Shown: positions 1 to 11,011, counted from the stretch's first letter. The stretch: DNA of 64,000 nt from an uncultured Ruminococcus sp. (GCA_946614445.1 CAMOGY010000003.1:9950-73949), one strand, 5' to 3'. Notes: a model not told the origin generated them from the letters alone. Program-made: numbers and translations.

Positions 1-593
1 AGCTGCTGAAAATGCTGAGAAAGACCAAGTACCATAAACCGCTCGTGCGTGTCCCTCTGGGTGAGGACGGAACGGTAGATTATACCGAGTGCGAAAGAAG
101 ACTGAGAACGCAGTATTATACCAACGTTATCCGTCATGCCGAGGATTCCTTCCCCGACAGCCAGAGCGATGAGGTAGTTAAAATGGTCAAAGCCGATATA
201 GACTTCCTCAACATGATAAACGCCTACCGTATGAAAGCGTTCTACGGCTTCACCGCAGACCAGATAAAACAGCATCAGATAAAGATACAGGGCGTCGGCA
301 AACGGCTGGATAACTACTATGAGCTTGAAACTCCCGAGCAGATGCTCGAATGGCTCAGCGAGCACGAAACACATACCGAGCTTGCAGAAGATGAGCTGAT
401 AGAGGTCACCATGCAGCGCAATAAGTACCGAAGGCTTGAACACACCATCTACCGCAGCTTCAATGCGCCTGTTGTACTTTATGCCTTTACGCAGCTTTGC
501 GAGTATGAGACCGCAAACATAATCCACATGATCGAGGGAGTGCGCTACGGCGTGGATCCCGCTTATATAGAAAACAATCTTCTGGTCTGCTGA
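1..593 (+). CDS. V-type ATPase subunit C (NtpC / d-like), 5' end cut by window edge
   Basis: Frame of ORF 12..593 stays open back to position 3. It is the first gene of a contiguous V-ATPase cluster (I,K,F,E,A,B,D follow). Size and position fit the C-terminal ~195 aa of a C subunit. Confidence 0.55.
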   Translation, partial: LLKMLRKTKYHKPLVRVPLGEDGTVDYTECERRLRTQYYTNVIRHAEDSFPDSQSDEVVKMVKADIDFLNMINAYRMKAFYGFTADQIKQHQIKIQGVGKRLDNYYELETPEQMLEWLSEHETHTELAEDELIEVTMQRNKYRRLEHTIYRSFNAPVVLYAFTQLCEYETANIIHMIEGVRYGVDPAYIENNLLVC

Positions 594-619
594 ACGACCG
601 GGAAAGGAGAAATGCTCAA

Positions 620-2575
620 TTGGGTATGGAAAAAATGGAGCTTGTCAGCCTTGTAGGCAAAATGGACGAGCTTGAGAGCTGTCTGAGCAGGTGCTGCGAA
701 AGCGGCTGCTTCCACATTCAGCCCGCCTTCACCAGTGCAGGTGCTGCAAGCGGACTGACAATGCTCAACGAGAAAAACGGCTATACCGCAGTTCTCAAAT
801 CTTATGAAAGGCTTGCCGCAGATCTTGGCATAGAGCTGAAGGAAACAGACTATTCAGCCTGCACCCTTAAATCGCCCGAGGATTTTGCAAACCGGGCGGA
901 AGAGATAAGCTCAGCCTTTGAACAGGCAAATACGCAGAAAAAAGACTCTCTGCAAAAAATATCCGAGATAAACGAAACTATCACACAGATAAATCACCTG
1001 CAGGGAATGAACAGCGATTTCAAGGAGATATTCTCCTGTAAGTATGTCGCTTCAAGAATAGGCAGACTGCCTACGGACAACCTGGAAAAGCTCGATTACT
1101 ACGATGAGAACTTTTTCTTTATCCCCTTTGAAACGCAGGATCTTTACTGCTGGGGAATGTATTTCTGTCCGATGTCGGAAAAGGCGATAGTCGATGACCT
1201 GTTCCGTTCGATGTATTTTGAACGCATAATGCTGCCGGAATCTATCGAGGGCGATGCCGATGAGGCAATAAAACAGCTCTCCGCCGACCTTGTTCATCAG
1301 CAGGCACTTGCCGACGAAGCTCAGAAAACCATATCTTCCGTTTCGGCGGCCTCCTACGAGGAGATACAGCAGGCGTATTCAAAGCTGCGCTATCTCCACG
1401 GCACCTTTGAGCTTCGCAAAAAAGTCGGCTACCTCAGCGGAAAATTCTATATCAAGGGCTTTGTTCCCACAAGGGATAAAAAGCATTTCAGCGAGCTGAT
1501 GAACGGGCTCGGCTCTGTGACAGTCTCATATATGCCGCCCGATGCCGATGCAAACTGCACACCGCCGACGATACTCAAAAACAGCTGGTTCACACGCCCG
1601 TTCAATATGATGGTCGAAATGTACGGCCTGCCCAACTACGGCGGCTTCAACCCGACAGCATTCGTGGCGATAACCTATACGCTGCTTTTCGGAATAATGT
1701 TCGGCGATCTCGGTCAGGGCTTCCTCGTGGTGCTGCTGGGACTGATAGTAGGCAAAAAGCTCAACAAAAATGCAGGCGGAATGATGGTGCGCTGCGGACT
1801 TTCAAGCATGGTGTTCGGAACTCTCTACGGCTCGGTGTTCGGCTTTGAGGAGCTTCTCGATCCGCTTTATGAACAGCTGGGCATCAGCTTCCTGCCGCTG
1901 AAGGTCTTCAAGCAGACAAACTTTATCCTCATAACCGCTGTCGCCATAGGCGTGGGACTGATAATAATGTCCATGCTCATCAATATCTATATCGGCTTCA
2001 AACAACGGGATTACGAAAAAGCGATATTCGGCTGCAACGGCATAGCAGGACTTGTATTTTACAGCTCTGTCGCAGTCGGGCTGGTCGGCACGATGATGTT
2101 TGATATGAAAATAATGTCACCGCCGTTCGTTATCTGCCTTATAGTTATACCGCTTATATGTATCTTCTGCCGTGTTCCGTTCTCGCTGGCGGTCAAGTAC
2201 AAAAAATTCCGCCTGAGCGCAGACGAGGAAGAAAAAATGACTATCGGCGGATTTATAGTTGAGAACTTCTTTGAAATGTTCGAGTTTATCCTTTCGTATA
2301 TCTCCAACACTATGTCCTTCCTCAGAGTCGGCGGCTTCGTGCTCTCCCACGCAGGAATGATGCTCGTGGTAATGACTCTTATGGAGGGCGGCTCGGCAAT
2401 TTCCCGGCCAATCATACTCGTTATCGGAAACGCATTTGTCATGGCAATGGAGGGTATGATCGTGGCTATACAGATAATCCGTCTGGAGTTCTATGAGATA
2501 TTCAGCCGTTTCAACGAAAGCGACGGCGTACCTTTTGAACCTGTCGGTGTCAGCTTTGCACCGCAGGAGCAGTGA
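620..2575 (+). CDS. ntpI: V-type ATPase subunit I (membrane a-type subunit)
   Basis: 651 aa with a soluble coiled N-terminal half and a multi-TM C-terminal half. TTG start lies 9 nt after GGAGA. Located in the V-ATPase cluster. Confidence 0.85.
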   Translation: MGMEKMELVSLVGKMDELESCLSRCCESGCFHIQPAFTSAGAASGLTMLNEKNGYTAVLKSYERLAADLGIELKETDYSACTLKSPEDFANRAEEISSAFEQANTQKKDSLQKISEINETITQINHLQGMNSDFKEIFSCKYVASRIGRLPTDNLEKLDYYDENFFFIPFETQDLYCWGMYFCPMSEKAIVDDLFRSMYFERIMLPESIEGDADEAIKQLSADLVHQQALADEAQKTISSVSAASYEEIQQAYSKLRYLHGTFELRKKVGYLSGKFYIKGFVPTRDKKHFSELMNGLGSVTVSYMPPDADANCTPPTILKNSWFTRPFNMMVEMYGLPNYGGFNPTAFVAITYTLLFGIMFGDLGQGFLVVLLGLIVGKKLNKNAGGMMVRCGLSSMVFGTLYGSVFGFEELLDPLYEQLGISFLPLKVFKQTNFILITAVAIGVGLIIMSMLINIYIGFKQRDYEKAIFGCNGIAGLVFYSSVAVGLVGTMMFDMKIMSPPFVICLIVIPLICIFCRVPFSLAVKYKKFRLSADEEEKMTIGGFIVENFFEMFEFILSYISNTMSFLRVGGFVLSHAGMMLVVMTLMEGGSAISRPIILVIGNAFVMAMEGMIVAIQIIRLEFYEIFSRFNESDGVPFEPVGVSFAPQEQ

Positions 2576-2615
2576 TAAACAACAATAATATAAAATATTT
2601 CTGGAGGATATAATC

Positions 2616-3050
2616 ATGATAATCTATTTCTTACCACTTGTAGCAGTTGCACTTCTGTGCGTACCGTTTCTCTTTATGGCTAAAAAGATCAAAACAGGAA
2701 AGTCGTGCAAAAAAGCCTTTATCGGCAACCTCTGCTCGTTCTTCGGCGTAATGCTCATCGCCCTTATCCTTCCTATCGGCAACTTCGTAAGTGCCGCAAG
2801 TGAAGAGGGCGCAGCAGCAGTCATCACAACAGGCGCAGGTCTTGGCTACCTCGCAGCAGCCCTTGCCGTAGGTCTTGCCTGCATAGGCTCGGGTATCGCC
2901 GTTGCCGCAGGTGCACCGGCAGCTATCGGCGCAGTTTCCGAGGATCCTAAGGCATTCGTTAAAGCCCTTATCTTCGTCGTTCTGGGTGAAGGTATCGCAC
3001 TTTACGGTCTGCTCATAGCTATCCTTATCATATCCAACATCACCAAGTAG
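2616..3050 (+). CDS. ntpK: V-type ATPase proteolipid subunit K (c-ring)
   Basis: 144 aa. C-terminal Gly/Ala-rich TM hairpin GSGIAVAAGAPAAIGAV...VLGEGIALYG carries the conserved ion-binding Glu. RBS GGAGGA lies upstream. Confidence 0.85.
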   Translation: MIIYFLPLVAVALLCVPFLFMAKKIKTGKSCKKAFIGNLCSFFGVMLIALILPIGNFVSAASEEGAAAVITTGAGLGYLAAALAVGLACIGSGIAVAAGAPAAIGAVSEDPKAFVKALIFVVLGEGIALYGLLIAILIISNITK

Positions 3051-3068
3051 TGAAAAAGGAAAACCACA

Positions 3069-3377
3069 ATGAAATTCTATCTGATCAGCGATAATATCGA
3101 TACCCAGATGGGAATGCGTCTTGCAGGCATCGATGGCATCGTTACACATACCGCCGAGGAAACACGCTCTGCGCTGGATAAGGCAATGAAAATGGAGGAC
3201 GTGGGCATAGTCCTTATGACCGAGCTTGCCGTAAAACAGATACGACAGACGGTGTATGACTATAAGCTCACCTGCAAGCAGCCCCTTATCGTCGAGATAC
3301 CCGACAGACACGCTACCTCGAAAATATCAGACACCATTTCACGATACCTCTCCGAAGCGGTGGGTATCAAGCTGTAA
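3069..3377 (+). CDS. V-type ATPase subunit F
   Basis: 102 aa. The N-terminus MKFYLISD..MGMRLAGIDG is typical of V/A-type F subunits. Operon context supports the call. Confidence 0.8.
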   Translation: MKFYLISDNIDTQMGMRLAGIDGIVTHTAEETRSALDKAMKMEDVGIVLMTELAVKQIRQTVYDYKLTCKQPLIVEIPDRHATSKISDTISRYLSEAVGIKL

Positions 3378-3456
3378 GCGGTGTAAAATCAAAAGATAAA
3401 ACCGATCTTAAACACGTTCCAAGGAGGGAGCTGCGTTTTTTCGCAGCGGTAAAAGT

Positions 3457-4047
3457 ATGAAGAACGAGACCGAAAAGCTGAATAAGTTCAAGCTCGCCGT
3501 GTTTTCCCAAGCGCAGCGTCAGGCACAGTCTATCACCGGCGGAACATCCTCGCAGCAAAAGCAGCGCCTGAGAGATGCCAAAAGACAAACGCAGTCAGAG
3601 CTTAAAACAGAGCTTGATAAAATCAAAAAGGATTTTGAAGCGCAAACTCTGCGCAGCATCTCATCAAGCAAGCTCACCGCTCAGAGAAATGTCCTGAGCC
3701 ACCGCAGCAAAATGATCGAACGGGTTTTTGAAAACATCAGGTCATCTCTGCTGGAGCATTGCAAAGGCGAGGAGTACCCCGCCGAGCTGAAAGCAAGACT
3801 TGAAAAATGTATCAGTGCCTGCCCCGATAAAAAGGGAACAGCCTTTTTCACTCCCCGTGATATCGAGCTGGGAAAGGAGCTGTGCAAGGGCACTAAGCTG
3901 ACTGCGAAAGAAAGCACAGCATTCACTCTCGGAGGAGTCATGGTAGTTTTTGATGAAACAGGCGTGGCTTACGACTGCACCTACGATGCAGCCTTTGAGC
4001 GTGAAAGGCAGGGCTTCTCCGCAAAAGCGGGACTTGCCGATATCTGA
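3457..4047 (+). CDS. V-type ATPase subunit E
   Basis: 196 aa with a long charged helical N-terminus and a globular C-terminus (GGVMVVFDETG). It sits between F and A in the operon. Confidence 0.65.
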   Translation: MKNETEKLNKFKLAVFSQAQRQAQSITGGTSSQQKQRLRDAKRQTQSELKTELDKIKKDFEAQTLRSISSSKLTAQRNVLSHRSKMIERVFENIRSSLLEHCKGEEYPAELKARLEKCISACPDKKGTAFFTPRDIELGKELCKGTKLTAKESTAFTLGGVMVVFDETGVAYDCTYDAAFERERQGFSAKAGLADI

Positions 4048-4083
4048 TGATATAAAAGCTAATTTCTGAAAGGCGAAAGTATT

Positions 4084-5838
4084 ATGGATAATATCTTTTC
4101 AATAAACGGTCCTGTCGTAAAGGTAAAAGCGTCAAAGAGCTTTTCTATGCAGGAAATGGTCTATGTGGGCGAAAAGCGCCTCATCGGTGAGGTCATCAGA
4201 GTTACCGGCGAGTTCACTACCATTCAGGTGTACGAGGGCACAACAGGGCTTAAACCGGGCGAACCCGTTGAGGGCACAGGTGCTCCCATGAGCGCAACGC
4301 TCGGACCGGGCATACTTGATAATATCTTTGACGGCATAGAAAGGCCTCTTAAAAAGCTCGAGGAGCTTTCGGGCGCATTCATTGCCGACGGCGCAAACGT
4401 TACCAGCATAGATACTCAGAAAAAATATAACTGCACCATCACCGTCAGCGTAGGAGATAAGCTCAGCGCAGGCGATATCTACTGCACCTGCCCCGAGACC
4501 GAGCTTATCACCCACAGGTGTATGCTCTCACCGCTCTCACAGGGCGGCGAGGTGGTCTGGTGCGCCCCCGACGGCGAGTATACCGTAAATGATACAGTCG
4601 TTAAAATAAAAACACCTTTGGGCGAGCAGGAGCTGACTCTGTGCCAGAAATGGCCTATCAGAACGCCACGCCCCTGCAAAGAAAGACTTCCCGGTACAAG
4701 ACCTCTCATCACAGGACAGAGGATAATAGATACCGTCCTGCCTATCGCAAAGGGCGGCACAGCAGCTATCCCGGGCGGATTCGGTACAGGCAAGACTATG
4801 ACCCAGCACCAGCTCGCTAAATGGTGCGATGCCGACATAATCGTGTATATCGGCTGCGGCGAGCGTGGCAACGAGATGACTCAGGTGCTTGAGGAATTTT
4901 CCGAGCTTATCGACCCGCATACCCAAAGACCTCTCACCGACAGAACAGTGCTCATCGCAAACACCTCCAATATGCCCGTTGCCGCAAGAGAAGCCTCTAT
5001 CTACACGGGCATAACCCTTGCAGAGTATTACAGGGATATGGGCTATCATATCGCAATAATGGCGGATTCAACATCTCGCTGGGCGGAGGCTCTGCGTGAA
5101 ATATCGGGCAGACTTGAAGAAATGCCTGCCGAGGAGGGCTTCCCTGCATACCTGCCTTCAAGAATATCCGAGTTTTACGAGCGTGCAGGCTATGTTAAAA
5201 CTCTCGGCGGAAGCGAAGGCTCGGTAACTATCATCGGCGCAGTTTCACCGCAGGGTTCGGACTTTTCCGAGCCTGTTACCCAGAATACCAAGCGTTTCGT
5301 GCGCTGCTTCTGGGCGCTTGATAAATCGCTTGCCTATGCAAGACATTACCCCGCTATCAACTGGAACTCCAGCTATTCCGAGTATGTCGGCGACCTTGAG
5401 GCGTTCTATACCAAAAACGTTAATGCGGATTTTATGCAGGTGCGCCAGCAGATATCCAGCATTCTCGTCGAGGAAAATACCCTTATGGAAATAGTAAAGC
5501 TCATGGGCACCGATGTCCTGCCCGATGACCAGAAGCTGCTCATAGAGACCGCAAGGATAGTCCGTGTAGGATTTTTGCAGCAAAACGCCTACCACAAGGA
5601 CGATACATACGTGCCGCTTGAAAAGCAGTACCTTATGATGAAAGCTATCTGCGATTTTTACAGCCTTGCACAAAGCGCACTCGCAGGCGGCGCAGCTTAT
5701 CAGAGCATTCTCGATCTTGGCTGGTCGGATAAGCTGATAAAGATAAAATACGATATACCAAACGATAAGCCCGAAATGTTCGGGGAGTACGAAAAACAAA
5801 TGACAGCCGACTTTAAAGGGCTGACGGAGGTGGCATAG
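4084..5838 (+). CDS. ntpA: V-type ATPase catalytic subunit A
   Basis: 584 aa with Walker A GGFGTGKT and the non-homologous insert typical of A subunits. Confidence 0.95.
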   Translation: MDNIFSINGPVVKVKASKSFSMQEMVYVGEKRLIGEVIRVTGEFTTIQVYEGTTGLKPGEPVEGTGAPMSATLGPGILDNIFDGIERPLKKLEELSGAFIADGANVTSIDTQKKYNCTITVSVGDKLSAGDIYCTCPETELITHRCMLSPLSQGGEVVWCAPDGEYTVNDTVVKIKTPLGEQELTLCQKWPIRTPRPCKERLPGTRPLITGQRIIDTVLPIAKGGTAAIPGGFGTGKTMTQHQLAKWCDADIIVYIGCGERGNEMTQVLEEFSELIDPHTQRPLTDRTVLIANTSNMPVAAREASIYTGITLAEYYRDMGYHIAIMADSTSRWAEALREISGRLEEMPAEEGFPAYLPSRISEFYERAGYVKTLGGSEGSVTIIGAVSPQGSDFSEPVTQNTKRFVRCFWALDKSLAYARHYPAINWNSSYSEYVGDLEAFYTKNVNADFMQVRQQISSILVEENTLMEIVKLMGTDVLPDDQKLLIETARIVRVGFLQQNAYHKDDTYVPLEKQYLMMKAICDFYSLAQSALAGGAAYQSILDLGWSDKLIKIKYDIPNDKPEMFGEYEKQMTADFKGLTEVA

Positions 5839-7236
5839 TTGGAACTGAAATATGTTGGACTTTCCGAAATAAACGGTCCTCTCGTCGTGCTGGATAAAGT
5901 CAGCGGCATCGCATTTGATGAGATAGCTCAGCTCCGTCTTGATGACGGCACACGCCGCCTTGCAAGAGTCGTTGAGGTCGAGGAAGATAAAGCCGTCCTT
6001 CAGGTGTTTGAAGGCACAAAAGGGCTGTCACTCACCAATACGACCACACAATTCAGCGGAAAACCAATGGAGCTGGGGCTTTCAAAGGAAATGCTGGGCA
6101 GGATATTCAGCGGCTCGGGCAGACCTATCGACGGACTCGGCGAGGTCATACCCGATAAGTTCAAGGATATCAACGGCAGTCCGCTCAACCCCGTTTCAAG
6201 AACATATCCAAGGAACTATATCAATACCGGCATCTCATCGATAGATGCGCTAATGACGCTTATCCGAGGTCAAAAGCTGCCTATCTTCTCAGGCTCGGGA
6301 CTTTCCCACAACAAGCTCGCCGTGCAGATAGCCAAGCAGGCAAAGATAGCCGATGAGAACGGTCAGGGCTTTGGAATAGTTTTCGGCGCAATGGGCGTTA
6401 AAAACGACGTTGCCGATTACTTCAAGCGCAGCTTTGAGGAAACAGGCGCACTTGAAAGAGTTGCCATGTTCATCAACCTCTCAAACGACCCTATCATCGA
6501 AAGGATACTTACCCCCAGATGTGCCCTCACCTGTGCCGAGTACCTTGCATTTGAGCATGATATGCATATCCTCGTTATCCTTACCGATATGACCTCTTAT
6601 GCCGAAGCGTGCAGAGAGTTCTCATCCTCAAAGGGCGAGATACCGGGAAGAAAAGGCTACCCCGGCTACCTCTATTCCGACCTTGCGTCGATTTATGAAA
6701 GAGCGGGCATCGTAAAAGGCTCAAACGGCTCTGTTACGCAGATACCTATACTTACTATGCCTAATGACGATATCACACACCCTGTCCCCGACCTTACGGG
6801 CTATATCACCGAGGGACAGATAGTTATGGACAGGCACCTTGAACAAACAGGTACCTATCCTGCCGTATCGGTGCTGCCAAGCCTTTCAAGACTTATGAAA
6901 GACGGCATCGGCGAAGGCTTCACCCGTGAAGACCATTCAATGTGCGCAAACCAGCTCTTTGCCGCATATTCCAAGGTGCAGGACGCAAGAGCGCTTGCAT
7001 CGGTAATAGGCGAGGAGGAGCTTTCCGAGGGCGATAAAGCGTATATGAATTTCGGCAAACTGTTTGAAGCGCATTTTATAAATCAGGGCTTTGATGTAAA
7101 CAGAACTATCGAGGAAACGCTTGATCTGGGCTGGGCGCTGCTCTCCACACTGCCCCGTGCCGAACTTGACAGAGTCGATGACGAGCATCTCGATAAATTC
7201 TACGATCCCGAAAAAGCAAAAGCAATGTTTCAATAA
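5839..7236 (+). CDS. ntpB: V-type ATPase subunit B
   Basis: 465 aa. TTG start abuts the ntpA stop. Strong B-subunit similarity ([23 protein letters not shown]). Confidence 0.95.
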   Translation: MELKYVGLSEINGPLVVLDKVSGIAFDEIAQLRLDDGTRRLARVVEVEEDKAVLQVFEGTKGLSLTNTTTQFSGKPMELGLSKEMLGRIFSGSGRPIDGLGEVIPDKFKDINGSPLNPVSRTYPRNYINTGISSIDALMTLIRGQKLPIFSGSGLSHNKLAVQIAKQAKIADENGQGFGIVFGAMGVKNDVADYFKRSFEETGALERVAMFINLSNDPIIERILTPRCALTCAEYLAFEHDMHILVILTDMTSYAEACREFSSSKGEIPGRKGYPGYLYSDLASIYERAGIVKGSNGSVTQIPILTMPNDDITHPVPDLTGYITEGQIVMDRHLEQTGTYPAVSVLPSLSRLMKDGIGEGFTREDHSMCANQLFAAYSKVQDARALASVIGEEELSEGDKAYMNFGKLFEAHFINQGFDVNRTIEETLDLGWALLSTLPRAELDRVDDEHLDKFYDPEKAKAMFQ

Positions 7237-7243
7237 CTAATAA

Positions 7244-7488
7244 CAACAGGTTTTTTCGTCCACCTTTTTCTCGTAAAAAAAGGTGGCGGGTCAAGGGCAG
7301 AGCCCTTGTCGCTGACCGCAGTCAGCGAAATTCTCCCGTGCCATCAGGCGCTCCGCATAGGTGAATTTTAAAACAGTCCGGTGGACTGTTTTAAAAGAGG
7401 GCATGCCCTGCAAGAGAGGGCTGCCCTTATGGAAAGACCCGATGTTTTTCCCTCAAGCCCTTAGGGCTTGACAAACAATTTCATAGAC
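7244..7488 (+). repeat. Family-2 multi-hairpin intergenic element, copy A (between ntpB and ntpD)
   Basis: About 245 bp, alignable over its full length with 49794..50036 in the same orientation. It has at least 6 stem-loops: 7260-7286, 7292-7308, 7311-7326, 7368-7394, 7398-7428 and 7454-7472. Several show compensatory changes between the copies. Confidence 0.8.
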
Positions 7489-7506
7489 AAAAGGACGGTG
7501 TTATCA

Positions 7507-8136
7507 ATGGAGCAGCAGGTGTTCCCTACCAAGGGAAATCTTATGCTGTCAAAAAAGGCTCTCCAGCTCGCAACGCTGGGCTATGACCTGCTTGACAGAA
7601 AAAGAAATATCCTTATCCGTGAGCTGATGAAGCTCGTGGATAAAGCGCAGATGCTGCGCAGCTCTATTGAGAGCACTTACAGCGAAGCGTACAAGGCACT
7701 CCAGGAAGCAAATATGTCACTTGGCGTCGTTTCAACGTTCGCACGCTGCGTTCCGATAGAAAACGGCATCACCGTAAGCTCGCAAAGCGTTATGGGTGTC
7801 GAGCTTCCTGCGGTGGAGCTTGAAAAAAAACCGCCAAAAATATACTACGGCTTTGCAAGGACCAATTCCACGCTTGACAGAGCATATATCGCCTTTGAAA
7901 AGGTAAAGGAAATGACCGCCGTGCTCGCTGAAGTCGAAAACGGCATCTACCGCCTTTCCGTTGCGATAAGAAAGACCCAGCGCCGTGCCAATGCGCTGCA
8001 GAATATAATTATCCCACGCAATAAGGATATCGTAAAATATATCACCGATTCGCTCGAAGAAAAAGACCGTGAAGAATTTTCACGCCTGAAAGTCATAAAA
8101 GCCACAAGGCTCAGGCAGAATGACGGGAATAGTTAA
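7507..8136 (+). CDS. ntpD: V-type ATPase subunit D
   Basis: MEQQVFPTKGNLM... is a typical D-subunit N-terminus. ATG at 7507 follows AAGGA. The ORF-track TTG start at 7468 lies inside the last hairpin of the upstream repeat and is not used. Confidence 0.85.
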   Translation: MEQQVFPTKGNLMLSKKALQLATLGYDLLDRKRNILIRELMKLVDKAQMLRSSIESTYSEAYKALQEANMSLGVVSTFARCVPIENGITVSSQSVMGVELPAVELEKKPPKIYYGFARTNSTLDRAYIAFEKVKEMTAVLAEVENGIYRLSVAIRKTQRRANALQNIIIPRNKDIVKYITDSLEEKDREEFSRLKVIKATRLRQNDGNS

Positions 8137-8154
8137 GCAAGGGGGAAAAGCATC

Positions 8155-8772
8155 ATGCAAACAGTAAAGAATATTTTCAAGAACTTCTGGATACTCTCGG
8201 TGCTGTGTATAGTGCTGGGCATTGCCCTCATCGCAGATCCCGACTTTTTCACCGATACCATCGGCTATGTTATCGCAGGCCTGCTCGTGTGCTACGGCGC
8301 TGTAATGCTGATAATCTATTTCACACATTCCTCCGGCAGCATGATGGATAACGGCGCAAAGCTGGTCGGCGGACTGCTTTTGTGCGCCGCAGGCGTGTTC
8401 GTGTTCATTCAGCCCGATATCATCGCAAAGGTCGTTGCCATAGTGTGCGGAATGTATATGCTCATCAACGGCATCGTCAATCTTCAGGGAACACTTAAAA
8501 TGCGCAAAGCAGGCTACCCCGACTGGAAGACCACAGGCGTGCCAGCACTCATAACCCTTGGCGTGGGCATCGTGCTCGTGCTCAACCCGATGACTCCCGT
8601 AAAGATCGCAATGACCGTCCTTGGCATAGCGCTGCTCGTTTCGGGACTTGTCAATGTCATCAACTGCGCCGTCATCAACCACAGGCTCTCAAAGATCGCC
8701 CGCTCGTCCGATTCCACCGAGCTTGCCATAAGGGATAAAGACCGTGACAGCACAGATATAATAGATATATGA
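8155..8772 (+). CDS. HdeD/DUF308-like membrane protein
   Basis: 205 aa with 6 predicted TM helices in the repeated pattern seen in HdeD-family proteins. GGGGGA lies upstream. Confidence 0.55.
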   Translation: MQTVKNIFKNFWILSVLCIVLGIALIADPDFFTDTIGYVIAGLLVCYGAVMLIIYFTHSSGSMMDNGAKLVGGLLLCAAGVFVFIQPDIIAKVVAIVCGMYMLINGIVNLQGTLKMRKAGYPDWKTTGVPALITLGVGIVLVLNPMTPVKIAMTVLGIALLVSGLVNVINCAVINHRLSKIARSSDSTELAIRDKDRDSTDIIDI

Positions 8773-8846
8773 GTTGTAAAAATGCCTAAAAAGTTTTGCG
8801 CTGATGTCTTATTATTTGAGATAAAATAAGAAAATGCAAAAAATGC

Positions 8847-8875
8847 TTGCAAACATAAGGGTAATAAAGTATACT
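8847..8875 (+). promoter_or_regulatory. Candidate sigma-A promoter of glnN
   Basis: TTGCAA (8847-8852), 17-nt spacer, TATACT (8870-8875), about 40 nt upstream of the start codon. Confidence 0.4.
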
Positions 8876-8914
8876 CTAAAAGGTAAAGATATGGTCATTT
8901 AGGGAAAGGAATGA

Positions 8915-11002
8915 ATGTTTATGACAAATGTGTCCGCAATTTTCGGCTCGGATGTTTTCAATGACTCTGTCATGAGGGAAAGGCTCCCCAAAAACACCTA
9001 TAAGCAGCTGAAAAAAACTATCGAGGACGGCGTGCCGCTTGATATTGAGCTTGCAAATGTCGTTGCAAACGCAATGAAGGACTGGGCAGTCGAAAAGGGC
9101 TGTACCCACTTCACACATTGGTTCCAGCCAATGACAGGCATCACTGCCGAAAAGCACGACAGCTTTATCTCCCCGACAGATGACGGACATATCATAATGG
9201 AATTTTCGGGCAAGGAGCTTATCAAAGGCGAGCCTGACGCTTCCAGCTTCCCATCGGGAGGGCTCAGATGTACCTTTGAAGCAAGAGGCTATACCGCATG
9301 GGACCCTACCTCTTATGCGTTCATCAAAGCAGGCACACTTTGTATCCCAACAGCATTCTGCTCCTACGGCGGCGAGGCACTGGATAAAAAAACACCGCTG
9401 CTGCGCTCCTGCGATGCTATCAATAAAGCCGCACTGCGTATATTGAAGCTGTTCGGCTCGGACGCTACAAGAGTTATCGCCAATGCAGGTCCCGAGCAGG
9501 AGTATTTCCTTATCGACAGAGAAATGTATTCCCACAGAAAAGACCTGATATTTGCAGGAAGAACGCTCTACGGCGCACCTGCACCCAAAGGACAGGAGCT
9601 TGACGACCACTATTTCGGAACGATAAAAACAAGAGTCGCAGCTTATATGAAGGATATCGACGAGCAGCTGTGGCGGCTGGGTATCTATGCCAAGACCAAG
9701 CATAACGAAGCTGCACCTTCCCAGCATGAGCTTGCTCCTATATATAATACCGTAAATATCGCCACCGACCATAACCAGCTCACTATGGAGATAATGAAGC
9801 GTACCGCAAGAAAGCATAATTTCAAGTGCCTGCTTCACGAAAAGCCGTTTGAGGGCATCAACGGCTCGGGCAAGCATAATAACTGGTCGCTGTCTTCCAA
9901 TACAGGCGTAAACCTGCTCAACCCCGGCAAAACACCTGCCGAGAACGCACAGTTCCTGCTCGTGCTCGCTGCGATAATCAAAGCGGTCAACAAGCATCAG
10001 GATATCCTGCGTGCATCAGTCGCTTCCGCAGGAAACGACCACCGCCTTGGCGCAGATGAAGCACCTCCGGCAATAATCTCTATCTTCCTGGGCGATGAGC
10101 TTACCGCTATCCTCACCTCTATCGTAGAGGGCACAAAGTATGAGGGCAAACGTGTCGAAATGGAGATAGGTGTCGATGTGCTGCCGCACTTCACTAAGGA
10201 TACCACCGACAGAAACAGAACATCTCCTTTTGCTTTCACAGGTAATAAGTTTGAGTTCAGAATGCCGGGTTCAAGGCTCTCCGTTGCAGGACCCAACACC
10301 GTGATAAATACCATAGTTGCCGAGGCATTCGATGAGTTTGCCGATATCCTTGAAAAAGCAGATAACTTCCAGGATTCGCTTGATGACCTTATCAAAAAGA
10401 CTATCAAGGAAAATGCAAATATCATCTTCAACGGCAACGGCTATTCCGATGAGTGGTGCGCAGAGGCTGAAAAGAGAGGACTTCTCAACCTCAGAACCAC
10501 TCCCGATGCAGTGCCTTGCTTTGAGAGCAAAGAGAATATCGAGCTGTTTGAAAAGTACGGTGTCTATACCGAGACCGAGCTTCATTCAAGAGTCGAGATA
10601 CTGCTCGATGAGTATTGCAAAACGCTCTCTATCGAAGCATCAACAATGATCGATATGGCTAAAAAGGATATCCTTCCGGCTGTAGCATCCTATATAAAGG
10701 ACCTTGCCTCAACAGCCGAGCTTGCAAAGACCTGCGGAGCAGATGTCACCTTTGAGACCGATATGGTCAAAAGGCTCTCCGATCTCAGCGCAGTTATGTA
10801 TAAAAACCTCGGTGAGCTTGAAAATGCACACTATGCCGCAAAGGGCGTAAGCGATATAAAGGAGCAGGCAAACTTCTACCGTGATATCGTTATCCCCGCA
10901 ATGCAGGAGCTTCGTACACCTGCCGACGAGATAGAGTCACTGGTAGGCGAAAAGTACTGGCCTTACCCGACCTACGGTGCACTGCTGTTTTATGTAAAGT
11001 AA
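8915..11002 (+). CDS. glnN: Glutamine synthetase type III
   Basis: 695 aa, the length and sequence type of GSIII (GlnN) rather than the ~445-aa GSI. The start could be the second ATG at 8921. Confidence 0.9.
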   Translation: MFMTNVSAIFGSDVFNDSVMRERLPKNTYKQLKKTIEDGVPLDIELANVVANAMKDWAVEKGCTHFTHWFQPMTGITAEKHDSFISPTDDGHIIMEFSGKELIKGEPDASSFPSGGLRCTFEARGYTAWDPTSYAFIKAGTLCIPTAFCSYGGEALDKKTPLLRSCDAINKAALRILKLFGSDATRVIANAGPEQEYFLIDREMYSHRKDLIFAGRTLYGAPAPKGQELDDHYFGTIKTRVAAYMKDIDEQLWRLGIYAKTKHNEAAPSQHELAPIYNTVNIATDHNQLTMEIMKRTARKHNFKCLLHEKPFEGINGSGKHNNWSLSSNTGVNLLNPGKTPAENAQFLLVLAAIIKAVNKHQDILRASVASAGNDHRLGADEAPPAIISIFLGDELTAILTSIVEGTKYEGKRVEMEIGVDVLPHFTKDTTDRNRTSPFAFTGNKFEFRMPGSRLSVAGPNTVINTIVAEAFDEFADILEKADNFQDSLDDLIKKTIKENANIIFNGNGYSDEWCAEAEKRGLLNLRTTPDAVPCFESKENIELFEKYGVYTETELHSRVEILLDEYCKTLSIEASTMIDMAKKDILPAVASYIKDLASTAELAKTCGADVTFETDMVKRLSDLSAVMYKNLGELENAHYAAKGVSDIKEQANFYRDIVIPAMQELRTPADEIESLVGEKYWPYPTYGALLFYVK

Positions 11003-11011
11003 GATCACATC

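Noticed and set aside
7468-7506. TTG start at 7468 for ntpD
   Set aside because: It lies within the terminal hairpin of the family-2 repeat and adds 13 non-conserved residues. ATG at 7507, preceded by an RBS, gives the canonical D-subunit N-terminus.
8876-9997. 373-aa minus-strand ORF antisense to glnN
   Set aside because: It lies entirely inside a strongly supported GSIII gene on the opposite strand and has a Cys-rich, low-complexity composition typical of shadow ORFs. The same reasoning rejects 2631..3311, 4537..5049, 5245..5799, 11200..11835, 15424..16284, 24852..25504, 34382..35080, 35279..35893, 45782..46513, 51397..52113 and 58775..59545.
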